IMG/VR virus record: IMGVR_UViG_3300045457_000125
Location: 1-28,199 of that record
Source: a virus
Taxonomy: Duplodnaviria > Caudoviricetes
DNA: 28,199 nucleotides
Direction: 5' to 3' (one strand)
Shown: piece by piece, positions 1 to 8,598 of the stretch
Position numbering within the stretch: the first letter of the stretch is position 1
Layout: each line of letters opens with the position of its first letter
Translations under genes and position numbers: made by a program
Notes under the pieces: model-generated
The model's database searches: none
The model's input: only the letters and a program-made list of their open reading frames with translations
What the model was told of the DNA's origin: nothing

Positions 1-250
1 CTAATGATGGAGATGCGCCAATGTACTGATAGATGTTTCCTCCATACGATACATATGTTGGATTTGTGTTGTCATATAGTGTTGATGGATTGTATGGAGC
101 AACATTTCCAGTTGACTGACTTTGTATCGCAGACAATTCATCAACCAGAATTTCAAAGTTTTCATCAAGCTCTGTCCATGTCAATTCACTTCCCTTTGTT
201 GTGAATCCTGCTTTTGTTATTATCCGAAATATGAAATCTTGTAAAGCCAT
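1..250 (-). CDS. Tail fibre/spike-like virion protein, 5' part (runs off the window edge; absent from the ORF track)
   Basis: Manual translation from ATG at 250 (TAATG overlap with the upstream stop) gives MALQDFIFRIITKAGFTTKGSELTWTELDENFEILVDELSAIQSQSTGNVAPYNPSTLYDNTNPTYVSYGGNIYQYIG..., open to base 1. KGSxLTxxELDxNF resembles the N-terminal attachment motif of fibre proteins. Confidence 0.65.
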   Translation of the reverse strand, partial: MALQDFIFRIITKAGFTTKGSELTWTELDENFEILVDELSAIQSQSTGNVAPYNPSTLYDNTNPTYVSYGGNIYQYIGASPSL

Positions 251-744
251 TACGATTTTGTGTTTATGTTTGTTACTACTATGTTTCGCTCGTATTTGAT
301 ACTTGATGTGCAACTATTGTCAACATACAATGGATAGTCTGTGTTGTTGTCCTTTATGAACTCAATCATTTCTCTTGCATAAGCAGTAGCAGAGTTTCTT
401 GCTTGTTCAACAATTCTTGCTATTGTTTTTTCTGTTACTGGTTGACTGAATTCGTTTGTCTTTTGAACAAATCCATAGGGAGTATCTACTGCATTCTTGC
501 TCAAGATGTATCTCGCATATGAATAATAAGCAAGAACTGGTCGCACATATGGAAGCAATGACTGATATATTGCAGTATCTACATTCTCTTGCATATCAGA
601 TACAAATTCCTTTCCAAGTATTGGAGTCAAATCAAATTTCTGTGCTTCCCTTATATATGGAAGAATGTTATCTGGCGATGTGTTTGTGGTAATCGCTTCG
701 TATTCGTAGAAATCTTCTTTAGAAATTAGCAGTCTGTCCGTCAT
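250..744 (-). CDS. Putative head-tail adaptor/connector protein
   Basis: 164 aa, helical, directly after the portal and overlapping it. PYIREAQ..DL..ILG and LAYYSYARY resemble adaptor-position proteins of Bacteroidota phages. Confidence 0.55.
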   Translation of the reverse strand: MTDRLLISKEDFYEYEAITTNTSPDNILPYIREAQKFDLTPILGKEFVSDMQENVDTAIYQSLLPYVRPVLAYYSYARYILSKNAVDTPYGFVQKTNEFSQPVTEKTIARIVEQARNSATAYAREMIEFIKDNNTDYPLYVDNSCTSSIKYERNIVVTNINTKS

Positions 745-2113
745 TTGATGTTGGTGTTATGATAGATTTAGCATCTTGTTCTGTTAATCCGAAAATAAGT
801 ATCAACATATTGATTTTTTGTTGCGCAGAAAGTGTCGTGTCTATGACAATCTGCTGAAGTGCTTGTGTTCCTCCTACTCCAAGAACCTCGACAAGCAATT
901 TTGTTGCAGATGTTTTCTCTTCTTGTGGTGGAAGATTCAACAACAACTCTCTTCGCTCGTTCAATGTCATGTCCTTTAGCAATTCTGGAGAATCTTTTAT
1001 TGTTGTTGCACTTGCAGTTATTGGAATGATAGAGAAATTCTTTGTCGGATTGTGTTCTGGAGCATACCAGTATTCAAACAATTCAGAGAATACTGCTTCC
1101 ATCAATATGCGTTCATCTTTTATCACATCCGAATACATATTCTTTGCTTGTTCCCTTTCATTTTTTTCTCCCAATGCTCCAGTAGTAGGCACTCCTAGTA
1201 ATATACTAGGAATCTTAAATGCAGTTATGATGTTTTTCCTTACAGATTCCTCTGTATATTGAAAAACTGAATCATTGATGTTGTTTTCTACCTTTATCAA
1301 TTCTGGCTTTGCTTCATCCTGCTCACACTCCACAAGCATTAAAGAAGCTGCATTGCGTGAACCTTGAAATGTCTTGAGGTTCTGAACGAAATCTTCTCTG
1401 TCTCTATTGTCATCGAATCTTCCCTTGTGAACATACAAGTGAGAAGCCATGAAATTTGTTGTAACTACACGATTCTTGAAGTATTTCAACTCTCCATCTG
1501 TTTCGCAATCTTCTATGATTGAATCTATGATTGAAAGTGGATAATCATCTGAATCGCCTACATAGTAGAACACTTGTCCATTGTAATTTTCAATCCCTCC
1601 TGCCAATTCAATCTGCGCTGCTACTACTTCTGGCTTTGGATTGTATACATTTATCTTGTGCTTGAATTTATCATCTATCGTTCTCCTTTTTTTCTTTCCC
1701 CAATCATCATAGACTACAACATATGGAGAATATCCGATATCATCTGGCTCACTCAATCGCACATATTCAAACGGAACATAATTCAATTCTACAATTTTGA
1801 ATTCTAGATTGTAATTTATATGAATCGCAAATCCTTTATAGAGCGAAAAATCCTCTGTGATTTTTCTTAACAACCTATCGAATGTCCATCCTTTTCTATT
1901 TACAACAGAACCATAGAATACTGGTTCAGCGAATCCCTCTCCTCTGATATATTTTCCATATGTATCAATACAAGCCTTTGTAGTTGAAGAGCCGAACGCA
2001 ATCAATCGCATTCTTTGTGGATATGCATTGTCTATGTCATACTTGAGTATTCCTTGAGCAGTATCAAGTTTGACATCAATGCGTGAATCAAGTTGTACTA
2101 TCGTTGACTTCAT
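719..2113 (-). CDS. Portal protein
   Basis: 464 aa. DNAYPQ near the N-terminus, FxLYxGFAIHINYN, FQGSRNA and IITAFKIPSILLG are portal-like motifs, and the size fits. Confidence 0.85.
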   Translation of the reverse strand: MKSTIVQLDSRIDVKLDTAQGILKYDIDNAYPQRMRLIAFGSSTTKACIDTYGKYIRGEGFAEPVFYGSVVNRKGWTFDRLLRKITEDFSLYKGFAIHINYNLEFKIVELNYVPFEYVRLSEPDDIGYSPYVVVYDDWGKKKRRTIDDKFKHKINVYNPKPEVVAAQIELAGGIENYNGQVFYYVGDSDDYPLSIIDSIIEDCETDGELKYFKNRVVTTNFMASHLYVHKGRFDDNRDREDFVQNLKTFQGSRNAASLMLVECEQDEAKPELIKVENNINDSVFQYTEESVRKNIITAFKIPSILLGVPTTGALGEKNEREQAKNMYSDVIKDERILMEAVFSELFEYWYAPEHNPTKNFSIIPITASATTIKDSPELLKDMTLNERRELLLNLPPQEEKTSATKLLVEVLGVGGTQALQQIVIDTTLSAQQKINMLILIFGLTEQDAKSIITPTSNDGQTANF

Positions 2114-2547
2114 TTCTTTTTCTTTTTGCCTCTTGGCTTTTTGATTTCTGTTGCTTCAACTGGTTGTATCTGCTCAACAGATATTTCTTGCTTCGGCAAT
2201 TTCTCAAAACGGACAGAGCATTGAGGAATCAATGACAATATCTCTTCAGCAACTTCATCTGTTAAATTCATATTTGAATACATAGCAGATGTCTCTGGGT
2301 GAATCAATATCACTCCCTGCTTCAATTTGTACTTTGTTGCTTTTGCTCCATCTAGTTTCATAACATTTGGATTCTTCATATGTGAATTTATTTTGTAGTA
2401 TGCATTTCTTATATCTCCTCCACAAGTTACGCATAATTCTTTGCCAAACATCTCACGATATGCGTTCGCTAATATGACAACATTCTCTTTTTTTGAGAGG
2501 TCAGTCATTCTCAACTCCAATGCTTTGTTGATTATTTCTTCATTCAT
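2110..2547 (-). CDS. Hypothetical virion-module protein with CxxC and basic tail
   Basis: Likely start ATG 2547 (MNEEIINK), because the longer ORF call runs through the terminator. Contains CVTC, ends KKPRGKKKKK and has an ATGA overlap with the portal. Confidence 0.7.
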   Translation of the reverse strand: MNEEIINKALELRMTDLSKKENVVILANAYREMFGKELCVTCGGDIRNAYYKINSHMKNPNVMKLDGAKATKYKLKQGVILIHPETSAMYSNMNLTDEVAEEILSLIPQCSVRFEKLPKQEISVEQIQPVEATEIKKPRGKKKKK

Positions 2548-2558
2548 GTTGTAAAGAT

Positions 2559-2590
2559 AAAAAAGGAGGCACATATGATGCACCTCCTTT
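2559..2590 (-). terminator. Intrinsic terminator after capsid and major tail genes
   Basis: Minus strand reads AAAGGAGGTGCAT-CAT-ATGTGCCTCCTTT, a 13-bp stem with two G-U pairs ending in a U6 tract. Confidence 0.8.
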
Positions 2591-2613
2591 CCCAATCAAA
2601 CGAGCCAAACAAA

Positions 2614-3186
2614 TTAGAGCAATGCTTCTACTAGTGCTTTTGTTGTTGCGTAGTCTGTGTCAAAGATAGATGCTGGAAGATTTCCCTCTTTAGCAAATTC
2701 ACTTGACTTCAACTGAACATTGAATGCACCAAGAACTTCAGTATCTCCGACAGACCTTTCAAGAACTTCAACATAAAGACCTGCATCTGCACCATACAAT
2801 TCAAATGCTGCATTTCCAGTTGCTCCCTTGTAGTTATTCTCTACGATTGCGACTACTTTGCCCTGCACAAGTTTCTCAAGTTGCTCCTTAACATCTGGAG
2901 TAGCATCAAAAACTTTGAAAGTAATCTCATGGTCATACGCAGTTGCGTATCTCTTTTTGTTGAGAGTCTGCTTTGGTTCTACGGATTGTTGCTTTCCCTC
3001 AAATGCATATCCAACTTTTCCTGCTACCATTGTAATCGCTTCAATGATTTGTGGATTGGTGATGTTCTTTGTATAGGAAGCAATCTCGTCATAGTTGATA
3101 AGAATGAGTCGGTCATTCGCTCCACCGATTAACTGGTTGGAACAAGAGAGTGCGACTCCTGCTGTTATATTACTACATACTGGCAT
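2614..3186 (-). CDS. Major tail tube protein
   Basis: 190 aa, beta-rich. N-terminal CxxITxGxxxxC...GG and VVAIVENN...FELYGxxxGL resemble siphovirus tube proteins. Confidence 0.7.
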   Translation of the reverse strand: MPVCSNITAGVALSCSNQLIGGANDRLILINYDEIASYTKNITNPQIIEAITMVAGKVGYAFEGKQQSVEPKQTLNKKRYATAYDHEITFKVFDATPDVKEQLEKLVQGKVVAIVENNYKGATGNAAFELYGADAGLYVEVLERSVGDTEVLGAFNVQLKSSEFAKEGNLPASIFDTDYATTKALVEALL

Positions 3187-3213
3187 ATCTGTATCTGAAT
3201 TTAAGAGTTAAAA

Positions 3214-4260
3214 TTAATAAGCAACAATAGCCATGAAGTCATGCATCACTTTCACATCAAGTTTGTATCCACCTTTCATGTGATTGATTTCAGTAACATC
3301 ATCCAAGAATACTTTGAAATCTGTAACGGCAGAAGCAGAGTCAAGTCCAACCATCAAATTCTCTTTGGTTGTCAATACTGCACGATGTGGAAGAACCCAT
3401 TTAGTTCCGTTGTTCATGTCTGAATCAATAGACCTATCCCATGCATCAACTGCGATGATTGGAACTCCACGATACATATCAGTCTTGAATCCTTTCTCTT
3501 GGCGAACGAAAGACATATCAATGTCCTTTGTTTCTTTATATGTCAACCAGTTGTCAAACATTGAAGATGTGCAAAGGAACATCTTGTTGGCTTCAGACTT
3601 CAAGCGAGAGTCAGCTTGTTCCAACATCTTTCTGAAAGTATCATATGCATCAGTCGCTGCTAGTGCTTGAGTCGCATATGTTGCGTTCGCATTCACAGAG
3701 ATTGCAACTTTCTTCATTGTCGTTGCAGTAACGGCATCGAAGATTTGTTTCCAGAATCCATCAATAGCATCGTAGAAAGGAACATCACCTGCTGAATTCA
3801 AGAATCCACCAGAGCCGATTGTGGTTGCAGCTTTATCACCGAACCAAGCAAGTCGCAGAGCATCTTCCTTAACTGCACTAGTCAGAACTTCCATAACAAA
3901 GTCAATGAAATCACCTTTTGTCAAATCATACTTTGCGATTCCTTTGCTCAATCCCCATACAAAGAATGTTTGCTCAAGGTCGGAAGCACATTGATTCAAC
4001 CAGATTTTTACTGGAGTCGGGTCCCAGTATTTCTCTGTGATTTCAATTTCTTTTGATAGAACTCCAGTACCACATCCAGCATCTTTCTGTGTTACTTTAT
4101 TCAAGCGACCAAGAAATGCGATTTGTTGCTTCGCTACAATATCTTGAACGATTGTGTGGAACTCTGTAATTTCTGGAGTGTAGAATGCTGGTTCAATGAT
4201 ACCAGCCATTGCTTCTTTACCATTGAATGCGATTGGTGAACCACTAATTAAACTTGCCAT
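3214..4260 (-). CDS. Major capsid protein (HK97 fold inferred)
   Basis: 348 aa directly after the protease/scaffold. LAWFGD, DGFWKQI, YRGVPI and VLTTKENLMVG fit capsid proteins, and the start context is strongly A-rich. Confidence 0.85.
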   Translation of the reverse strand: MASLISGSPIAFNGKEAMAGIIEPAFYTPEITEFHTIVQDIVAKQQIAFLGRLNKVTQKDAGCGTGVLSKEIEITEKYWDPTPVKIWLNQCASDLEQTFFVWGLSKGIAKYDLTKGDFIDFVMEVLTSAVKEDALRLAWFGDKAATTIGSGGFLNSAGDVPFYDAIDGFWKQIFDAVTATTMKKVAISVNANATYATQALAATDAYDTFRKMLEQADSRLKSEANKMFLCTSSMFDNWLTYKETKDIDMSFVRQEKGFKTDMYRGVPIIAVDAWDRSIDSDMNNGTKWVLPHRAVLTTKENLMVGLDSASAVTDFKVFLDDVTEINHMKGGYKLDVKVMHDFMAIVAY

Positions 4261-4288
4261 GATTTTCTATTTTTATTTTTGTTGTTAG

Positions 4289-5449
4289 TTATTTTTTATT
4301 TTCAGTCAATGATTTTTTGCGAAGTGCAACACGAGATGCAACATCATCCATTGCTTCATTGCGCTTTGCTCCTGCATCTCCAGTCCGACCTTGTGGAACA
4401 AATCCACTTGAAAGATTCTTGATGCGAGATTGAATCTGTGTTACTTGCTCACGCAATTCGCCAATGCTTGATTTCAATTCTATGTTTTCCCTTTCCAATT
4501 CCTTATTCTGAACAGATAGTTTTGTGTATGCATTAACCAGTTCAGCCATCTCCTCTTCTTTTTTCTTTTTCTTTTCCTCTTCGTGCATGGAATCTTCTAC
4601 TTCTATTTTTTTCATTTCAGCGATTTTTCCTCCTGCAACTACAATCATAGTTCCATCGGACAACATATGCTCACCATCTGGAGCAGGTTCTCCATTGATA
4701 GTAACTGCATCCCCTACTTTGGGTTCGCTTTCTGTTGTTTCTACTACGATAGGTGTGCCATCCTCTAGTGTGAGGTCAAGAGCGACTATATTGTTAGACT
4801 TTCCATCGAGGAATGACAACACCCGATTCAATGCATTTTTGATAGTTGATACTTCTTTCATTTTGTGGAATATATTTTGATTTGAATTTAGATATGCTTT
4901 CGCATTTATGGTCTGGACTATGTCTGTGATGAATTTCATTTCCATCGCCTCTGTTGCGCTCAATGTGGTTTCTGCTTCCATCATCTTTGCAATCAATTCC
5001 CTATCTCCTCCAGTTTTCAGAACATAGAAATCTAATAGCTTATCTTCTGCTTGTTTGATTTCATATGCTCTCTTTGCATAGTCATTAGCAGTATATCCAC
5101 TCATTCCATCTGGCTCTCCCCAAGGATTGTGAATGAAGAATTCACTATTGCTAGTCATTTTCCTATCTGCACCAGCTAGAGCGATTACGGACGCAATAGA
5201 GGCACAGAGTCCCTCAATGATTGTGGTTATGTGAAACCCACTTGTAACAAGGAGGTCGTGAATTGCGAATCCCTCATTGACATCTCCTCCTCTTGAATGG
5301 ATATGTACAATGATTTCTTTTGCGTTCGCATTATTTGCTTGGTTCAGTTGTTGTGCTACTTGGCTAACAGATACAGAGCCGAACTTCTGTGCGAACTCCG
5401 ATTGGTCGTTGTAGATGTCTCCGTATATGTATATATGATGCTGAACCAT
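4289..5449 (-). CDS. ClpP-type prohead protease fused to a scaffold-like C-terminal region
   Basis: IHSRGGDV, GLCASIAS (catalytic Ser) and FFIHNPW (His), followed by an LEDGT/PAPDGEH/LSDGT beta module and a coiled coil. Confidence 0.88.
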   Translation of the reverse strand: MVQHHIYIYGDIYNDQSEFAQKFGSVSVSQVAQQLNQANNANAKEIIVHIHSRGGDVNEGFAIHDLLVTSGFHITTIIEGLCASIASVIALAGADRKMTSNSEFFIHNPWGEPDGMSGYTANDYAKRAYEIKQAEDKLLDFYVLKTGGDRELIAKMMEAETTLSATEAMEMKFITDIVQTINAKAYLNSNQNIFHKMKEVSTIKNALNRVLSFLDGKSNNIVALDLTLEDGTPIVVETTESEPKVGDAVTINGEPAPDGEHMLSDGTMIVVAGGKIAEMKKIEVEDSMHEEEKKKKKEEEMAELVNAYTKLSVQNKELERENIELKSSIGELREQVTQIQSRIKNLSSGFVPQGRTGDAGAKRNEAMDDVASRVALRKKSLTENKK

Positions 5450-5493
5450 TAGGACAAAGAAATATGATATATGATTGTATTTACTGAATCATT

Positions 5494-5733
5494 TTATGCA
5501 GTCGCATATCCCATCACAGAAATCGCTTTGTAGATTGTGCGTTCGCATACATTTGTTGTGAGTGCCGTTTGCCTTATTGCATCAGTTGTCTTGTAGTTTC
5601 TATCTTTATAGAACATGAATTTAGAATACAATTCATAGTAGAGTAATACTTTGGGAGACATCAAACCAGCGTTAAGCAATATGCTCAATGTGTTTTGTTT
5701 TTTCAATTCAGTTATCAAATCAAATAGTCGCAC
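5494..5733 (-). CDS. Small HTH-like DNA-binding protein
   Basis: Likely GTG start at 5733, overlapping the tape measure stop. C-terminal AIRQTALTTNVCERTIYKAI matches an HTH recognition-helix pattern. Confidence 0.6.
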   Translation of the reverse strand: MRLFDLITELKKQNTLSILLNAGLMSPKVLLYYELYSKFMFYKDRNYKTTDAIRQTALTTNVCERTIYKAISVMGYATA

Positions 5734-8596
5734 CTTGTTCAATGTTAGTTGTGATTGTCTGTGTGCTTGTGATTTCACTTGCACTTGCTACGATAGTAAC
5801 TTTCTTCAATGCACCATCAAATGCATTCACGATTGTATCCTCATTGATTTGTGGAATCGCTTGTGTTAATTTGAATGCACTTGTAAATCCTCCATCAGCA
5901 AAAGGCATTGTTTTCTTATTTATCCTCATTGCCTCTAGTGAACTAACGATTGGAGATATCTGTGGATTATTTGTCATCCATTTCGGAATGACATATTCTC
6001 CTTCATGCACAACTCCTGCTACTCTGAAACCAGTATTGTCAGCAGGGAACATTCCATTACCAGTATATCCACCAGATGCAAATCCTTTTCCTGCCGATGT
6101 TATTTTTGCAACTGCTGCTGCTGCTCTCGCTATTGCCAATGCCGTATATGCAGATGCTAATCCTGCATTGAATGGAGCAGAATATACTCCTGCTTGAGCA
6201 GTTGATTTTCCTGCTCCAGCCCAATATCCTTGAATCTCTTGTTGCAAGTTTATTCCCACTTCAGCAAGAGCAAGAAGTTTGAGCAATCCAGCATTCTTCT
6301 TTTGTGCATCCTGACCTATTTGTAGAATCGTAGCAAATGCTTGTATCCCTGCGATAGCAGTCTTTGCATTCTCCTCTTGTATCTTTCTCAATGCTTCTGC
6401 TCTTTCTTCATCGGATTGTGTTCGTGCTTGGTTTCCCGCAATGGTTGCATCTGTCAATGCAGTTTGATATGCTATTTCTGAATTCAATACTGCTGCTTGT
6501 GTTTCCGTTGCTAGTGTAACTCTGCTGACAACTCCTTGCGCTTCTATCTCTGCAAGTTCTAATTCATATGCAGTCTTTGATATTTTACCAGATTCGTACT
6601 GCTCAAGAAGTAGTTTCTTTTGCTCGGCTATTGAGTCCTCTAGTATTACTGCTTTTTGTAGTTCTGTTTGTGCAGCAAGATTCAAATCCTCAAGCGCATA
6701 TCGTTTTTGATTTTCTGCTCTTCTGATGTTGGCTTCGTTTTCTGTTATTTCCTTATTCGCTACTGCTAACTTGATAGCATTCTCTTCATCTGCTCTTGCT
6801 TTCAAGTTCGCTTGTGCAGTCGCTTGTGCAGTCTTTTGTATTCTGTCTTGTGCTTTAGCAAAGTTTTCATCTGCTATTTGCTTATTGACATCATTCAACT
6901 GGTTGGCTATATCCAACTCAATCGCTTTTTTTATTTGCGCTTCTTTTTCTCCAGTATTTTTTATTTCATCAATTCTTCTTTGTCCCTCAAGCACAATCTG
7001 TGCAATCGCCCTTTGATTTGCATCTTGTATGAATAGCAATTCCGAGTCAGCCAGTTCTTGTTGCAACTCTTTTTGTTTTGCATTGTACTCCTCTGCTTTT
7101 GCTCTTCGTTCATCCCTATTCTCTTTGTCAATCTCATTTAGTGTTGCTTGTTTATTTTTTTCAGCAGCTACAATCAAATCTTGGTTTCCTTTTGCATTAG
7201 CAACATCTTGTTGGAATTGTTGCTCTGCTTGGTCTTTCCTTAATTTAGTTGCATCCTTTCCTTGAGATTCAAGCAATCTTATTTCTGCATCAATCAATGC
7301 TCGTTTTCCGTTCGCAATATCTTGATTGACTTGTAATATGATTTCTTTTTTCTGCCTCTCAATTTCTATTTGTTTCTTTGATGATTCTCCAACTAGCTTT
7401 AGATATTCCGTTTCTGCTTGAGCCAGTTCCTCTTTTTGTTCCTTTGATATTTTTCCAGTCGCTTTTGCTATGTCTGCTTCTTGTTTCGCTATATCGAATC
7501 TCTCTTTTGCATTAGCCAGTTCTTTAGCAAGAATTGCATTCTCTTTTGCTCCTGCTTCATCAAGCAACTTGATTCGCTCCTCTTCTGACAGGTTTCTGTC
7601 TTTTGCGCTTTGTATCAACTTGTCAATTTCGTTTCGTACTTGAGCAGCTTCTACTTTGTATTCTCTTTCTGCTTCAGACAACTCTTGACTTCTTCGCTTT
7701 GCGTCTGCTGCTTTTTGTGCGTATGTTCCGATGTTTGATGCAGTATCTCCAATCGCTTTTGCATTCTCTTTTATCGCATCCGTGTCGCCAGTAAATATCC
7801 CTTTGATAATTCCAAAGACACTACTCAATATCTTTGTCAATCCATCAACTACTGCTTTGATTCCTGCGAATGCTTGTTCCCATATCTTCAGCAATCCAGA
7901 ATTTGATTTGACCAATTCAGAAAAGAATCTTATCGCTTCAGTAATCAATCCAAGTGGATTTGCTTTGACTGCTGCTCCTATTCCATTGATTCCATTCTTC
8001 ATCAATCCTGCTCCTTGAGATACAACTCCAAATGCAGGACCAAGTGCGCCAAGTTGTTTTCCTATCTCACCAGTGCTTCCGAATGCTTCTTTGATTGCAT
8101 CTGCATATGTTCCGACAAGAGAGCGATAATCTCCGACTCCTTTGTTGAATTGGTCTAGTGCATCTTTTTTCTTTTTGAGTTCTTCTGCTGCTTTTCTATA
8201 TGCATCGGACATCTGGAATGTTCCATCTTTGTTCTTTACCAAAGTCCCTTGCATTGTTTTCAATGCAACAACTCCATCCTCATATTGTCTTAACAATAAC
8301 TCATACGAACCCTCTGCTGCATTCTGTGCTTGTGTTGCAGTCTGTATCTGTTTTTGATATTGAGAATACTGCGTATTGAGAACTTTGAGTTGCGCTTCAT
8401 TCCTTGCTATCTCCTGCGAAATCTTTTGAATGTCTTGCGCCCTATTTTCTTTGAATGCCAAGTCCAATTCTTTTTTCAAATCTTGGTTGGCTTTTTTCAA
8501 TCCCTCTGTTTCTCCTTTAATCTTTCCAAGTTTATCAGCAAGACCTTTGTCTTGGATAACTATGTCAACAACTACTATCTCTTGTGTCCTTGCCAT
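5720..8596 (-). CDS. Tail tape measure protein
   Basis: 958 aa, A/E/K/Q-rich coiled coil with hydrophobic Gly/Ala segments. C-terminal GFASGGYTG...VAGVVHEGEYVIP motif. Confidence 0.9.
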   Translation of the reverse strand: MARTQEIVVVDIVIQDKGLADKLGKIKGETEGLKKANQDLKKELDLAFKENRAQDIQKISQEIARNEAQLKVLNTQYSQYQKQIQTATQAQNAAEGSYELLLRQYEDGVVALKTMQGTLVKNKDGTFQMSDAYRKAAEELKKKKDALDQFNKGVGDYRSLVGTYADAIKEAFGSTGEIGKQLGALGPAFGVVSQGAGLMKNGINGIGAAVKANPLGLITEAIRFFSELVKSNSGLLKIWEQAFAGIKAVVDGLTKILSSVFGIIKGIFTGDTDAIKENAKAIGDTASNIGTYAQKAADAKRRSQELSEAEREYKVEAAQVRNEIDKLIQSAKDRNLSEEERIKLLDEAGAKENAILAKELANAKERFDIAKQEADIAKATGKISKEQKEELAQAETEYLKLVGESSKKQIEIERQKKEIILQVNQDIANGKRALIDAEIRLLESQGKDATKLRKDQAEQQFQQDVANAKGNQDLIVAAEKNKQATLNEIDKENRDERRAKAEEYNAKQKELQQELADSELLFIQDANQRAIAQIVLEGQRRIDEIKNTGEKEAQIKKAIELDIANQLNDVNKQIADENFAKAQDRIQKTAQATAQANLKARADEENAIKLAVANKEITENEANIRRAENQKRYALEDLNLAAQTELQKAVILEDSIAEQKKLLLEQYESGKISKTAYELELAEIEAQGVVSRVTLATETQAAVLNSEIAYQTALTDATIAGNQARTQSDEERAEALRKIQEENAKTAIAGIQAFATILQIGQDAQKKNAGLLKLLALAEVGINLQQEIQGYWAGAGKSTAQAGVYSAPFNAGLASAYTALAIARAAAAVAKITSAGKGFASGGYTGNGMFPADNTGFRVAGVVHEGEYVIPKWMTNNPQISPIVSSLEAMRINKKTMPFADGGFTSAFKLTQAIPQINEDTIVNAFDGALKKVTIVASASEITSTQTITTNIEQGATI

Positions 8597-8598
8597 TA

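Noticed and set aside
4545-4585. Low-complexity purine tract (EEEKKKKKEEE)
   Set aside because: It is an in-frame charged linker of the scaffold region, with no alternative frame to shift into.
5450-5470. Promoter for a leaderless protease mRNA (TTTCTTTG 5 nt before ATG)
   Set aside because: It mismatches the conserved A of TAnnTTTG, so it is too weak to call from sequence alone.
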